Below are positions 11,951 to 23,127 of a DNA stretch of 64,000 bases, one piece after another. Both the position numbers and the translations under genes were made by a program. Every line of letters starts with the position of its first letter. Position 1 is the first letter of the stretch. Source of the stretch: Sphaerodactylus townsendi (taxonomy: Eukaryota); the NCBI RefSeq assembly GCF_021028975.2, contig NC_059430.1, forward strand, positions 57,226,001-57,290,000. The letters are read 5' to 3'. The notes beneath the pieces are model-generated. The model was not told the origin of the DNA. It did no database searches and was given only the letters and a program-made list of their open reading frames with translations.

Positions 11951-14900
11951 CTGAAACCTCTCAAGCTGAAATCTTGGAGATCCACTTCTAATCAGAATAG
12001 ATAGTACTGGATTAGATAAGATACTTATAGATTTGAATGGGTAAAATGTAACTTTATATAATAAAGCATTGCTTACAATTAATTGTTGATAGTAATATCA
12101 TACAACTATACATAAACATCTTGGTCAGACCAAAATGGTATCTGGAAAGAACATATTATTTAGGATTATTGCTTCCATGGTCTTTATAGTTTTATAAAAA
12201 AAGAGAATTCAAATGTTCTTTAGGTCTTAGCATCTTAGTAATGTGGAAAATATTAAGCACGCCATATGGATTGAAACCATAGGCAATGTCATGTGCAAAT
12301 ACAACTACATTGTCTTCTGCTTGCTATGGGCCCTACCCTGTGCACAAGATTGCAGCACAAAAAAAGTTTGTTAATGGCCCCACTAAACTGCTTTCAACAC
12401 CATCTGGTGGAAAGGAGAATATTCAAGACAACAGCTAATTTAGACAACACCTAAGAACAGTCTGCACTGTACTTTTCTTAAAATTTGGCCTCAGATTACT
12501 TAGTTAAGGATGGTTTCTGTTAAATGGTTTCAGTCATGACACATATAATTGGTAGCCTGTCAGCATGTTTTTTTGCATGTAATTTGCTGTCTATTATCTC
12601 ATCATTCCTTCAAGAAACTCATCTTACCCTTCCCACCAAAAGTGTGAGTTCTACCTCACACAGGCTACCTCTACCTCACATAGGCTACCTCACACATAGG
12701 CCCCTTTCACACAGGTTGCTGTTGTGCCTTTGAATGGAGATGTATCTTTAAAAAATTACTTCTCACACTGTCATGCACATATGAAACACTACAGCCATGC
12801 CGATTTCCCATAATACAACCATCTGAACCTGCATAGGGACGCAGATGCAAGCCTCCTGCCTTGCCATTTGCTCACGAGTGGCTGCAACCCAGGATTTAAA
12901 AAAAGACTTACTAGTTTAGCAATTTAAAAAAACAGGTTGGGGGAAATGACATGGGGCAGCCTCATTTTGGGGGGTGGGATCTGTGTGAGGTCCCGCTCCT
13001 AAACAGGTGGCATTTATTTTTACATCCTTTCATGACTTGAATGATCATCTGTCTGCATGTTCATGTCTGACTGCTTTGTTCTTTCCAACAAAGCCTACTA
13101 GCTGTATCCCCTTTCAGCAACAGTCTGAGTCTGAGCTTTCTCAGTGTCTGTCTCCCTCTTGGTGTTCTGGCAAACCTGAAGAACACAGCTATTCCTGACA
13201 GCTTTGGGGGCAGCCTGAGATGGAGTAAATGGACAATACCCTGCTGATGAAAACATAAGGTGTTGTGGGTTAGTTTTTAATGTTTAATATCCATTATTCT
13301 AATGTTCAGCACATAGTTTTTGTATTGTTACCAGCCTTGAGGTGTTCATGAGAGGCAAGCATGTAAATATTAAAAATAAATAAATGTACACATAGCTATT
13401 TTGTAAACACAATAGTCCTACACTACATGCATTGCTGGAGTGAGCACTTGAATAAAATACTTGGAGTGTTACTAAATTTCATAGCTCCAGTGTTTCATCC
13501 CAAAAAATCCATGTTCCCAGTGAGTTTTCCCTTGTGCATCAATCTTAAATCTTTATTTCTGTAATATTTTTGTTTGCTTTCCATGCCTTTTTCCAATAAA
13601 AATAAATTTTTAAAACCACTATTTTGTGTTATTTGAGCATTTAAACAGTAGATAATGTACAGATGGCATAAAAATGCTATAAAAATGCTGTAAAACAATC
13701 TACTTTATTGGGAAAAACAAGAAGGTTTATAATAATAATATGCAAATCCAAAAAAAATAAGGGCATATTAGAATATATCTAACTTGGAAGAAAGTTTATC
13801 TGTGCAGTTCAGAGGGTAATCTGGGTCTGGAACACTACTATGGTTAAAAAAAGTGCTAGAAGAATCTCAACTTCATGAAATGTTTCTAATAGTTCAATTA
13901 CATCCCATTCTTACAGCCAAAACAATTTGTTTTAGAAATACAGCTACAAAACATTTTAAACATATGTTAACACCTTTCAAGAAACCAGAGTATTAATCCT
14001 TTCATTTGGAAATATGCTCAGTAACTCCAATGTGCAATTTCATTGGGTTCCACTGATAACCCTTTTAGTTATTCTGAGATAATTGTTCTTTTGTGGTAAC
14101 TTATCCCAGTCAATTGAACAACCCCTGTAACAGAATGTTTGTCTTTCAGAAAGAAATGTTCCTCTCTATTGTGCTTGCCTGCATTGGTTGTATAGACATG
14201 AAAGGTAATTTTTCTTTGTCAAGTCTTTCAAAGGGGAAAGCTCCATGTTGTTAATGAGGTGTGAGACGCATCTTGTATTTTTAACTCATGGTGCTGAAGT
14301 AGTTAATGAAGAAATAGCTTTTAAAAAACTGAGCGTTGGCTTCAAGGCAGGGTTTAGAATAAATAATTCAAAGACACTTCTGCTTTATGACTTAAAATAT
14401 ACGTATTGCATGTTTTGTTTTAAAGTCAACATTAAGGGACTTGATTAGATCAATGTTAGCATTATTAACATCTTTCATCTTCCTGATACAGCTCTTGTCA
14501 TGTTCTGTTATAGAGTTTAATTAATCAACAGAATCTTTTGGTTCTTTTGAGGAGATTTTTTCTGTTAGGGTATACATTTTACTGCCAAAAGAGAAAGGTA
14601 CAGACAATGCAGGCTGAAGATGTAATGTTCACCTTGCATATCCTCCAGTTGCCAATAGGAAAATTACTTCATTCATGTTTGCTTCAGATCGGATAATGTG
14701 AGAAAACAGATTTGTGATTTATAAGGTTTAATCAGCTTGACATTCTTGGCCTCCATTTTAAAAGGGCAAAATTCTATTGTGGCAGTCAGGAAAAAAGTTA
14801 GTCGTAAGGGAAATGAGAATTTCTTTGTCAGAAAAAAACTGGAGGTAACTGACTATTCCATAGAGCTATTACAAAGCAATCCTACTGGAATTTGCACTGA

Positions 14901-15820
14901 AATCTGGAATTCCAAATTCTAGTAGGATTGTTTTGTAATAGCTACTGTTTCTCTTTTTCAAGACTCAATTCTTACCTTGGTAAGACCCACCAGATTCTGG
15001 ACCAGTTAGAGTAGCTCAAGTGGGGGCATCATGAATCAGAGTTACTGCTTAATGTTTGCAGCTCTCCCTCCCTCCCTCCCTTCCTCCCTCCCTCTTGCTT
15101 GCTAGCTTTCTTTTCTCACATTGCCCATTTCCCATATGATGCACAAACAACTTGTTCCAGATCAGAGGTGGCCTATAAAGAATGGTACAGATGCCACAGA
15201 ACTTTTGGAACACATATGCAAGCCTTCACACTGCTCCATGCTGACATCTAAGCCAAATAGTGATGAAAGGATTCAAGTCATTCCTCTATTTTATAATTTT
15301 ATGTGATTTATATCTCTTTTAAAAATAAATTTATCTTAATAAGAGTTTCATCTACACGAGTTCTCAATTTGAATCCACAATGTCTGATAGTAGCTACTTA
15401 GATTGCTAGTCTGGATTGCTTTCCTGAAAAAAACCATCAGGAACAAATTATTTATTTGGCAGCATCCAGGTGATCAACTTCGTAGTACTGATAGTTATGG
15501 AAGATGGTCTTTGTTGATTAAATTGTGAACTCATCTTGGACTGAGTGCTTTACTCTGAAGCATAGGCACTCAAGAGTTTAAAGACAATTAATCCGGAGAC
15601 TTTAAAAAGTTAAAGATGGGACAACATCAGTAAACATACATTAAAAAACTGCTTGTGAAATTCAAAGAAAAGTAGATGTAGAAAACCTTGTTTAACTTGT
15701 TTCTTTCTACATGAAGGAAGAACTATTGTAGCATCTGTATTGTCAAAAGCTTTCATGGCCGGATTCAGCTGATTCTGGTGGGTTTTCCAGGCTGTGTGGC
15801 TGTGATCTGGTGGATCTTGT

Positions 15821-15859
15821 TCCTAACGTTTCGCCTGTATCTGTGGTTGGTATCTTCAG
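15821..15859 (-). ncRNA. Minimal hammerhead ribozyme core (Penelope repeat; stem I truncated)
   Basis: Minus strand CTGAAGA-taccaaccacagatacaggc-GAAAC-GTTA-gg. Confidence 0.65.
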
Positions 15860-16247
15860 TAGCACAAAAGACACTGTTGGCTTAACAATCCTGAAAAATC
15901 TAAACATAACAAAACTAAACATAACATTTTATTTGAAAATACTGAAATTCTGGACAATTGAGAAGGTTACTATGTCAGGCTGCACAGGGAGGCCATTGAA
16001 ATTCACAAACAGCAAGACAACTTCAACAAAGCTTGGCTACCAGTACTTAAAAAAACCAAAAGCAAACCCCAAGGGCATGCTAAGTTCGTGAACAATGGAC
16101 TCCACCCAAACACAGGATTTGCATTCACCAATACTGCTGCTGCTGCAGGGCATGCAAATGTGAATGAATCCCTGGACTGAAAAACCCTACCCGCAATACA
16201 ATACTATCAACTACATCTTTGCATAGCAATTTCCACCCAAACACATA

Positions 16248-16746
16248 GTCCGTTTCCACACGGCGATGATGGGGGTTGGTTCGGCGTATTTCACGCCGAC
16301 CCAACGCCCCGGGACCGTTCGCACAAACGGTCCCAGAAACAGCCGGGACGATGGCGCCACGGAGCGCCGTCGCCCGGCCGACCTGGCGTGTCTCTGGCCA
16401 TCCAGCAAGTCACCGAGACCTGGAGACACGCCCCCCAGCCCTGCGCGACTGCTCCGGTGTCGCAGGGCAGGGGGGCGTGTCCCCAGGCCTCGGCGACGCG
16501 CTGGAAGGCCAGAGATAAGGTAAGTGAAGGGTGGAAGGGGCGGAGCTGCTGCGTTAAGCATAGCCAGCGGCTCCAAGCTTTCAGCGAGGTCGGACGAAAG
16601 CAATGGCTTGGCGTTGGTCGAGATGGCGCAAAAGAGGCGGTGCAGCAATAGACTGTGAAGCAGCTGCGCCCCTGTGCGAATGGCTCCCTGGGGACGGCGT
16701 TTTTGCCATCCCCAGGGCGCCATAATCCGCCCGTGCAGAAAGGGCC
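16248..16746. mobile_element. CpG-rich TIR MITE (PIF/Harbinger-like), nested in the Penelope element
   Basis: TIRs gtccgtttccacacgg...ccgtgcagaaagggcc. Homologous to 60941-61467, 28156-28360 and 19521-19955. Confidence 0.75.
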
Positions 16747-16846
16747 TTACTGATTGGTTCCTCACTCTGGGACATGGACAATATATACCCCACTAAAAAT
16801 TCCCTTCTCTCTGGACACAGTGTGTAACAGACTTCCATCTGTGATA

Positions 16847-16890
16847 CACCTCTGAAGATGCCAGCCACAGATGCAAACGAAATGTTAGGA
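16847..16890 (+). ncRNA. Degenerate hammerhead ribozyme (Penelope repeat)
   Basis: cct-CTGAAGA-tgccagccacagatgcaaac-GAAAT-GTTA-gg. Confidence 0.6.
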
Positions 16891-17229
16891 ACAAGATCCA
16901 CCAGACCACGGCCACACAGCCTGGAAAAAACCCCAGAACCTATTGTAGCATCTGCTTCCCATCATCTATGTGTAACTACCAGATGAGCTCAGGTTACACA
17001 GACTTATTTTTCTAAGGGACTACTGCTGTTGTTTCTCCTGCATCATGAATCCACAGGTCAGGGATGCAAATACATGCTAAAATGGTGATGATGGTGGTGG
17101 TGGTGGCCTTGACTTAACCAGGACCGAAACATATTCCAAATGGTATGAGTAAATTAATTAAATTAATCATACAGATCTGCATCAACCCCTTCCCCATCAT
17201 TGAAATGTAACCCCCAGTTTTGGAAGGAA

Positions 17230-17790
17230 GTTATTTTTTATTTATCTTAATTAGATTAAAACATGCATGATAAAAACCACAACAAACAAAAAAACCCCGA
17301 TCAATAAAATTTTTAAATATACATACTGTACAACAAAATATACAAAGCACAAAAAACAATTAAAACAGAGGACAGGAAGGTGGGATCACTGAGGAAATGC
17401 CAAGTAAAACAGAAAAGTCTTTACCTGCTGATAGCACAAGAAAACAAGCAAGTCTCCCTGGGGAAAAATTTCCAGAGTTTTGATGCCACAACCAAGAAGA
17501 CCCCCTCCCAGGTTGCCACCAAGGTGGGACACATGAATCAGGGTCTTGGAAGATGACTGCAGTTGTTGGGTAGATTCATAAGGGAATAGGCAGTCCTTCA
17601 GCTATTTCGGTCCCAAACCATATAGGGCTTAAATGGTAAATGTCATCACCTTGAATTGGGCCCAGAAATAGTTTGGGAGCTAGTGTAGCTGTGCCAACAG
17701 TGGAGTAGTGTGGTCCCTACAACCCACTCCAGTCAACATCTAGTTGAAATTTCTGAACACTTTTCAAGGCAGCCCTGCTGAAGTAATATA
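17230..17790 (-). mobile_element. Old L2 3' end
   Basis: ATTT-rich tail, then ttccagagttttgatgccacaaccaagaag and ...atagggcttaaatggtaaa...caccttgaattgggcccagaa, typical of reversed reptile L2 3' ends. Confidence 0.55.
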
Positions 17791-17969
17791 ATCTAATAGT
17801 AACTCTTCCCACAACTATGAGATAGAGTGACGGATTCTGCTAGGTCCTAGTTCATCATGTACCTCACACTTGCTCTCATCATGATTACTTCCCACTCTAC
17901 AATGACACCATTTTTAAGAATTTCACCATCATAGCTGTGCATCAGGTCTGTTGGTGGACTTTAAAACTG

Positions 17970-17995
17970 GATGTTCTTATGTTCTTATGTTCTTA
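17970..17995 (+). repeat. Isolated (ATGTTCTT)3 CR1 tail
   Basis: gatgttcttatgttcttatgttctt, the same octamer as the CR1 tails elsewhere in the window. Confidence 0.6.
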
Positions 17996-19520
17996 ACCTC
18001 AGCCATAGTCATAGTTATAATCTTGATCAAAATTAAAAGAATACTGTCATTCACCTGAAAAATGAAATTAAAATGACTATTACAATGTTGTGAAAGCAAA
18101 GACTGTCAACTGTCTTGCACATCAACAGTACAAACAGCTTAACATTTCCATCCTCAAATTCTTTAGAGAAAACAGTGTTGTCAATGGGAAAATCTCACTT
18201 CGTCAGTTTCTCCCCAAGACAGGATTTCCCTTGGGCCCTTCTCCTGTTTCCTCCCATGGGAAAGCATAAGATATGCTGACCAGAAACTTAGCGGTATCAA
18301 AGATTTGTATTTTAGTTCTCATTAGCTCCACCCATCTATTGGTAGTTTGAACCCTATGAACAATTGTAAGTGGGAGCCAAGGTAGAGTTCAGCGACCTCC
18401 AATAGGTTGCCTGTTTCATCTTTATACCATAGAGATTCTTGGGGTGCTTAAATTTTGACTGGAAGAATACATATTGTACACCCAGGTAAAAGATAATTTC
18501 ACAGTGTTCCAACTTCAATTTTGATCTTTTCTCTTAAATTTAACCTTAATATACCAGTTTCAGTCTGTGCCAATTCTGTTAGACAAGCTATGGAATTGTA
18601 GTCTGACCTCTTTTATGGCTTGGTGTAGACTTCTCCTCCCTTTCATTTAAGAATCAAGAGGCCATCATTCTACATAGCTGGCAGCTTTTATGCTTCAAAG
18701 CCCCTGTAATTCAGTTGCCTTCTCTAATAGGATTATATTTCATAGATGTTGAATACACCCTTTATGCTTGTGTTGCTTCACAGGGAACATGCAGCTCAGA
18801 ATAATGTAGTTTATTGCATCAGGAATGTTGGTTGTGTTCATCATTTTCTTCAAGAGCTTTCCCAATGACAGAAGAGTTTGTGAAGTGCCTTATGTTTTAA
18901 TAAGTTCTAAATAAGTACAGGCTCAGATATGGTATATAAAATATGCCTCACAAATATCTATATTCAAGCATGCCTTCATTTACAACTCTGTGGTGCAGCT
19001 CTAGTACATTTCAGATATGAATACTAAGAATGTAAAGATTTACTTTCCTCAATTTTTTAGATGCTATTTCTAAACTAACCACAATACTAACAAGCTTCAA
19101 TACATACAGTCCTTGGACTACCTTGGAAAAAACTTGTCAGAACTTTCATACAGATGTGTCTATTTTGTGTGAAAGGCTGTATTTGAAAAACTAATTAATG
19201 CAGACTGTTCAAATGCTGCAGAAACAGCAGATTCAAAAAAGATGTATGCCATTTTAATGCAACTTCTGATATATATGTTGTGCAAGTTGACTGGTGAACA
19301 TATATGAACACTGGTGATTCTGCAGATACATACTTAAACATGGAGAATGTGTACAAAATGACAGTCAGTTAGGGATCTTTCATATTACCTTGTCAATACA
19401 ATAACCACCAATGGATGTAAAAAGTACAAAAAAGACTAGAGATATAAAGTGGAGAGTAGATTGACCAGTGTAATACTGTCCTATTGATGTTCACTTGTAA
19501 ACATTTTCCAATGACACTTA

Positions 19521-19955
19521 GGCCGTTTCTGCATGGGCCAAAAACGGCGGCCCGGGGGTGGTAAAAACGCCGCCCCCAGGCTGCCGTTCGCACAGGCGGC
19601 GCTGCTGAAACGCAGCAGCGCCGACCTGGCTGCCCTTCCCCTCCCTCAGGGCGGCGTCAGGCCGCCCTAAAAAACAACCCTTTAAAGGGTTGTTTTTGAG
19701 GGGACAGCGTCTTCCCGGCGGCGCGGTGCAAACAGCACCGCCGGGAACACGCTGTTTCCCCTTCCCTCTCCCACTTACCTCGTCCCTGTCGTCATCCTGC
19801 TGGCCTCCTAAGTCCCTCCCTCGCTGTCCTCCGACCCCTGGAGGTCGGAGGGCAGCATGGGCGGGGCTTTGGGAGGAGCCAGCCAGAATAACATTAAGAG
19901 GAAGAGGAAGAAGAGAAGAGGCTGACTCCCGTCTTGAGGCCCGCATGCGGCTCCT
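19521..19955. mobile_element. CpG-rich Harbinger-like MITE, truncated by the CR1
   Basis: tta|GGCCGTTTCTGCATGG terminus matches the family TIR. The sequence stops at the CR1 tail. Confidence 0.65.
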
Positions 19956-19956
19956 A

Positions 19957-21105
19957 ATAAGAACATAAGAACATAAGAACATAAGAACAAGCCAGCTGGA
20001 TCAGACCAAAGTCCATCTAGTCCAGCTCTCTGCTACTCGCAGTGGCCCACCAGGTGCCTTTGGGAGCTCACATGTAGGATGTGAACGCAATGGCCTTCTG
20101 CGGCTGTTGCTCCCAATCACCTGGTCTGTTAAGGCATTTGCAATCTCAGATCAAAGAGGATCAAGATTGGTAGCCACAAATCGACTTCTCCATAAATCTA
20201 TCCAAGCCCCTTTTAAAGCTATCCAGGTTAGTGGCCATCACCACCTCCTGTGGCAGCATATTCCAAACACCAATCACACGTTGCGTGAAGAAGTGTTTCC
20301 TTTTATTAGTCCTAATTCTTCCCCCCAGCATTTTCAATGAATCCCCCCTGGTTCTAGTATTGTGAGAAAGAGAGAAAAATTTCTCTCTGTCAACATTTTC
20401 TACCCCATGCATAATTTTGTAGACTTCAATCATATCCCCCCTCAGCCGTCTCCTCTCCAAACTAAAGAGTCCCAAACGCTGCAGCCTCTCCTCATAGGGA
20501 AGGTGCTCCAGTCCCTCAATCATCCTTGTTGCCCTTCTCTGCACTTTTTCTATCTCCTCAATATCCTTTTTGAGATGCGGCGACCAGAACTGGACACAGT
20601 ACTCCAAGTGCGGTCGCACCACTGCTTTATATAAGGGCATGACAATCTTTGCAGTTTTATTATCAATTCCTTTTCTAATGATCCCCAGCATAGAGTTTGC
20701 CTTTTTTACAGCTGCCATGCATTGAGTTGACATTCCCATGGATCTATCAACTAAGACGCCTAAATCCCTTTCCTGGTCTGTGACTGATAGCACTGACCCC
20801 TGTAGCGTGTATGTGAAGTTTGGTTTTTTTGCCCCTATGTGCATCACTTTACATTTTGCTACATTGAACTGCATTTGCCATTTCTGAGCCCACTCACCTA
20901 ATTTATCAAGGTCCGCTTGGAGCTCTTCGCAATCCTTTGTGGTTCTCACCACCCTACATAATTTGGTATCATCTGCAAACTTGGCCACCACGCTACCCAC
21001 CCCTACTTCCAGGTCATTTATGAATAGGTTAAAGAGCACTGGTCCCAAAACGGATCCTTGGGGGACACCACTCCCGACATCTCTCCATTGTGAGAACTTC
21101 CCATT
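19957..21105 (-). mobile_element. Young 5'-truncated CR1 LINE with open RT C-terminal frame
   Basis: ORF 20161-21165 contains GVPQGSVLGPVLFNLFINDL, KFADDTKL, RPHLEYCVQFWSP and RRRLRGD. The 3'UTR has the stem agctgga...tccagct and an (ATGTTCTT)n tail. Confidence 0.97.
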
Positions 21106-22935
21106 GAACATTTTACAAAGGTTGTTTATGCACTTCTCCTGTTGAATGAACATTAACCACAACATTGATGTAGAAATATAATTTTAGTTTATTGTACAGT
21201 TCTTCAACCTATTTTTAACAAAATATGGCAGCTAAATTTAATAGACCTAGCAGAACAAATTTTGACATATACCTTTATAATCAATAAGTATATTGGTTCT
21301 ATAATACACACTTGGAGAAGCTAACAAAAATGCTTTTGTATGGTGCTGGTCCAGGCTTAGACTGTAAGATTTGAGAAAATTTTTCATATGGAAAGGAAAG
21401 CCACTTTTTCTCCCTGTTGCATAATATTAGAAGCCAGTGGGTTCACAATGAAGCCAACAGATTGTAGATTCAGGACAGATAAAAGGAATAATTAGCATGT
21501 GGAATGTTAAGATTACTAGTTTAGATGACTTCAGAAAGGACCTTCAGAAAGGACCTTGTCAAGTACAGAGATGATTGGTCTCTTGGGGACTATTAGCCAT
21601 GAAACATGTTTATTCAGGGGCAGTGCAACTCAAAATAGCAGCTGATAGGAGAGGACAGCAACGATGAAAGCTGTGTCCTTTGTTCTCTTTGAGGGGCACA
21701 TCTTGCTGGCCACTGCAGGAGGCAGGATGCTGGACTGGATGAACTTTCGTTTTCAAGTTGCCAGCCTAATCAGACCATCAGTTATCAGGTAGACTTATGT
21801 CACCAACATGGAGAGACAGCATGTAATTAGTTTGATTCATGCCAACTGATTATGTCACCAATTGGGAACAGCTTTTGATAATGTTCACATATATCCTGTA
21901 ACTCTTGAAGCAGCAATCAAGATAAGTCTGGAAAAGGCTGATCATTATCGAAATGGAAGCTCTTACCTACATCCTACATCCTCTTACCTACATTATCGAA
22001 ATGGAAGCTACATCTAGGCCAAGGTCACAACACTGACCCCCTTCTGAGTTGACTAACCAGTGGGTAAACTGCTTATGTAATTGTTTCCATGCTAGTACAA
22101 CTCACAGGGCAGTAGGTTTAGATTTAGAAGACTTTTCCCAGACTTTGTGAATAGTATCTTGAGTGTATGTCAAAATCCAAATACAAAATGTGAATTGCTT
22201 TGTTGTTCACTGATTTGGTCCTCTGCCTTCCCTGTTAGCCATTTGAACTGGTAATGCATATTGTTATTTGTAGTTTCTTTTATTTTTAAAATTTCTGGTA
22301 GTATTACCATAATTAAGTTCGCATGAGAATTTCAATTTCAATTTCTCTTCAGAGAAATGATTTTATGTCAAAAACTGTATGAAACAGAATCATACTGAGA
22401 AAACTTCAAAGAAGAGATTTCTTTGTTCAATTTAGCTTCAAAAAGACCCTTTCATTCTTTTGTGTTTTTAACTATTTTTCAAACTTCCACTGTAATGAAT
22501 AGAACAGGCTTGTGCATTTACCTGGCATAGCGGAATGAGGATGAAGTATTCCTGTTTGACATGGAAGACCTTAGATAGGTTTGGACAGATAATTTTTGTG
22601 AGTACTGCATTGTGTTCAAATGGATACTGTGTTCCAAATGCAATCCTCGGAGTTTCCTTCATATGCTCATCTGCGTATACTTAGAATAGGCAATACTTTG
22701 TACTGAATGTTATGAATCTTTATGTTATAGACCTCATGGATATTTCTGTAGGCCAGAAACGGAGCTGGCCTCGTGTCTCAGCTAAACATGCCAAATTAGT
22801 CCAGAGACCCAAACAAGAATGGCCTTGAAGAGGAATAAGAAACAAAGGAGTATCACAATAATATGTCTGTTCAAGGACTAGAAACTGTCCCACCCTTATC
22901 AAGAGATAATATGACTTGGGAAGCATATGTAAGAA

Positions 22936-23127
22936 CAGAGGTGGGATCCAACCAGTTCTCACCGCTTCTCTAGAAGTGGTTACTAATTTTTTCTGAGTGC
23001 CGAGAAGGGGTTACTAAAGCAACCTCCCTGCCCAATAGGGACTGGAGGTGCGTGTGTGCGGCGGCGCCACTGTTTGAATCCCACCACCATCGGAACCTGT
23101 TATTAAAATTTTTGGATCCCACCACTG
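22936..23127. mobile_element. hAT MITE with perfect 8-bp TSD
   Basis: TIRs CAGAGGTGGGATCC...GGATCCCACCACTG; TGTAAGAA on both sides. Confidence 0.92.

Larger units (their letters stand above)
15738..16939 (+). mobile_element. Penelope-like element with an inverted 5' terminal repeat and 15-bp TSD
   Basis: TSD CTATTGTAGCATCTG at 15723-15737 and 16940-16954. 15738-15859 is the reverse complement of the 3' repeat at 16852-16939. ~15920-16030 reads HNILFENTEILDN*EGYYVRLHREAIEIHKQQDNFNK (PLE GIY-YIG C-terminus). Confidence 0.9.

Noticed and set aside
16211-16765. 184-aa ORF and similar ORFs at 19518-19982 and 61065-61534
   Set aside because: They lie in GC-rich MITEs where stop codons are rare, and show no transposase motifs.
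20161-21165. Functional reverse transcriptase gene
   Set aside because: 5'-truncated CR1. The first ~20 codons come from flanking DNA, and the endonuclease and RT N-terminus are absent.
22468-22675. Possible minus-strand exon (cgcag|...ccag|gtaaat) with an open frame
   Set aside because: Weak polypyrimidine tract and no recognisable protein in any frame; cannot be supported without homology or RNA data.
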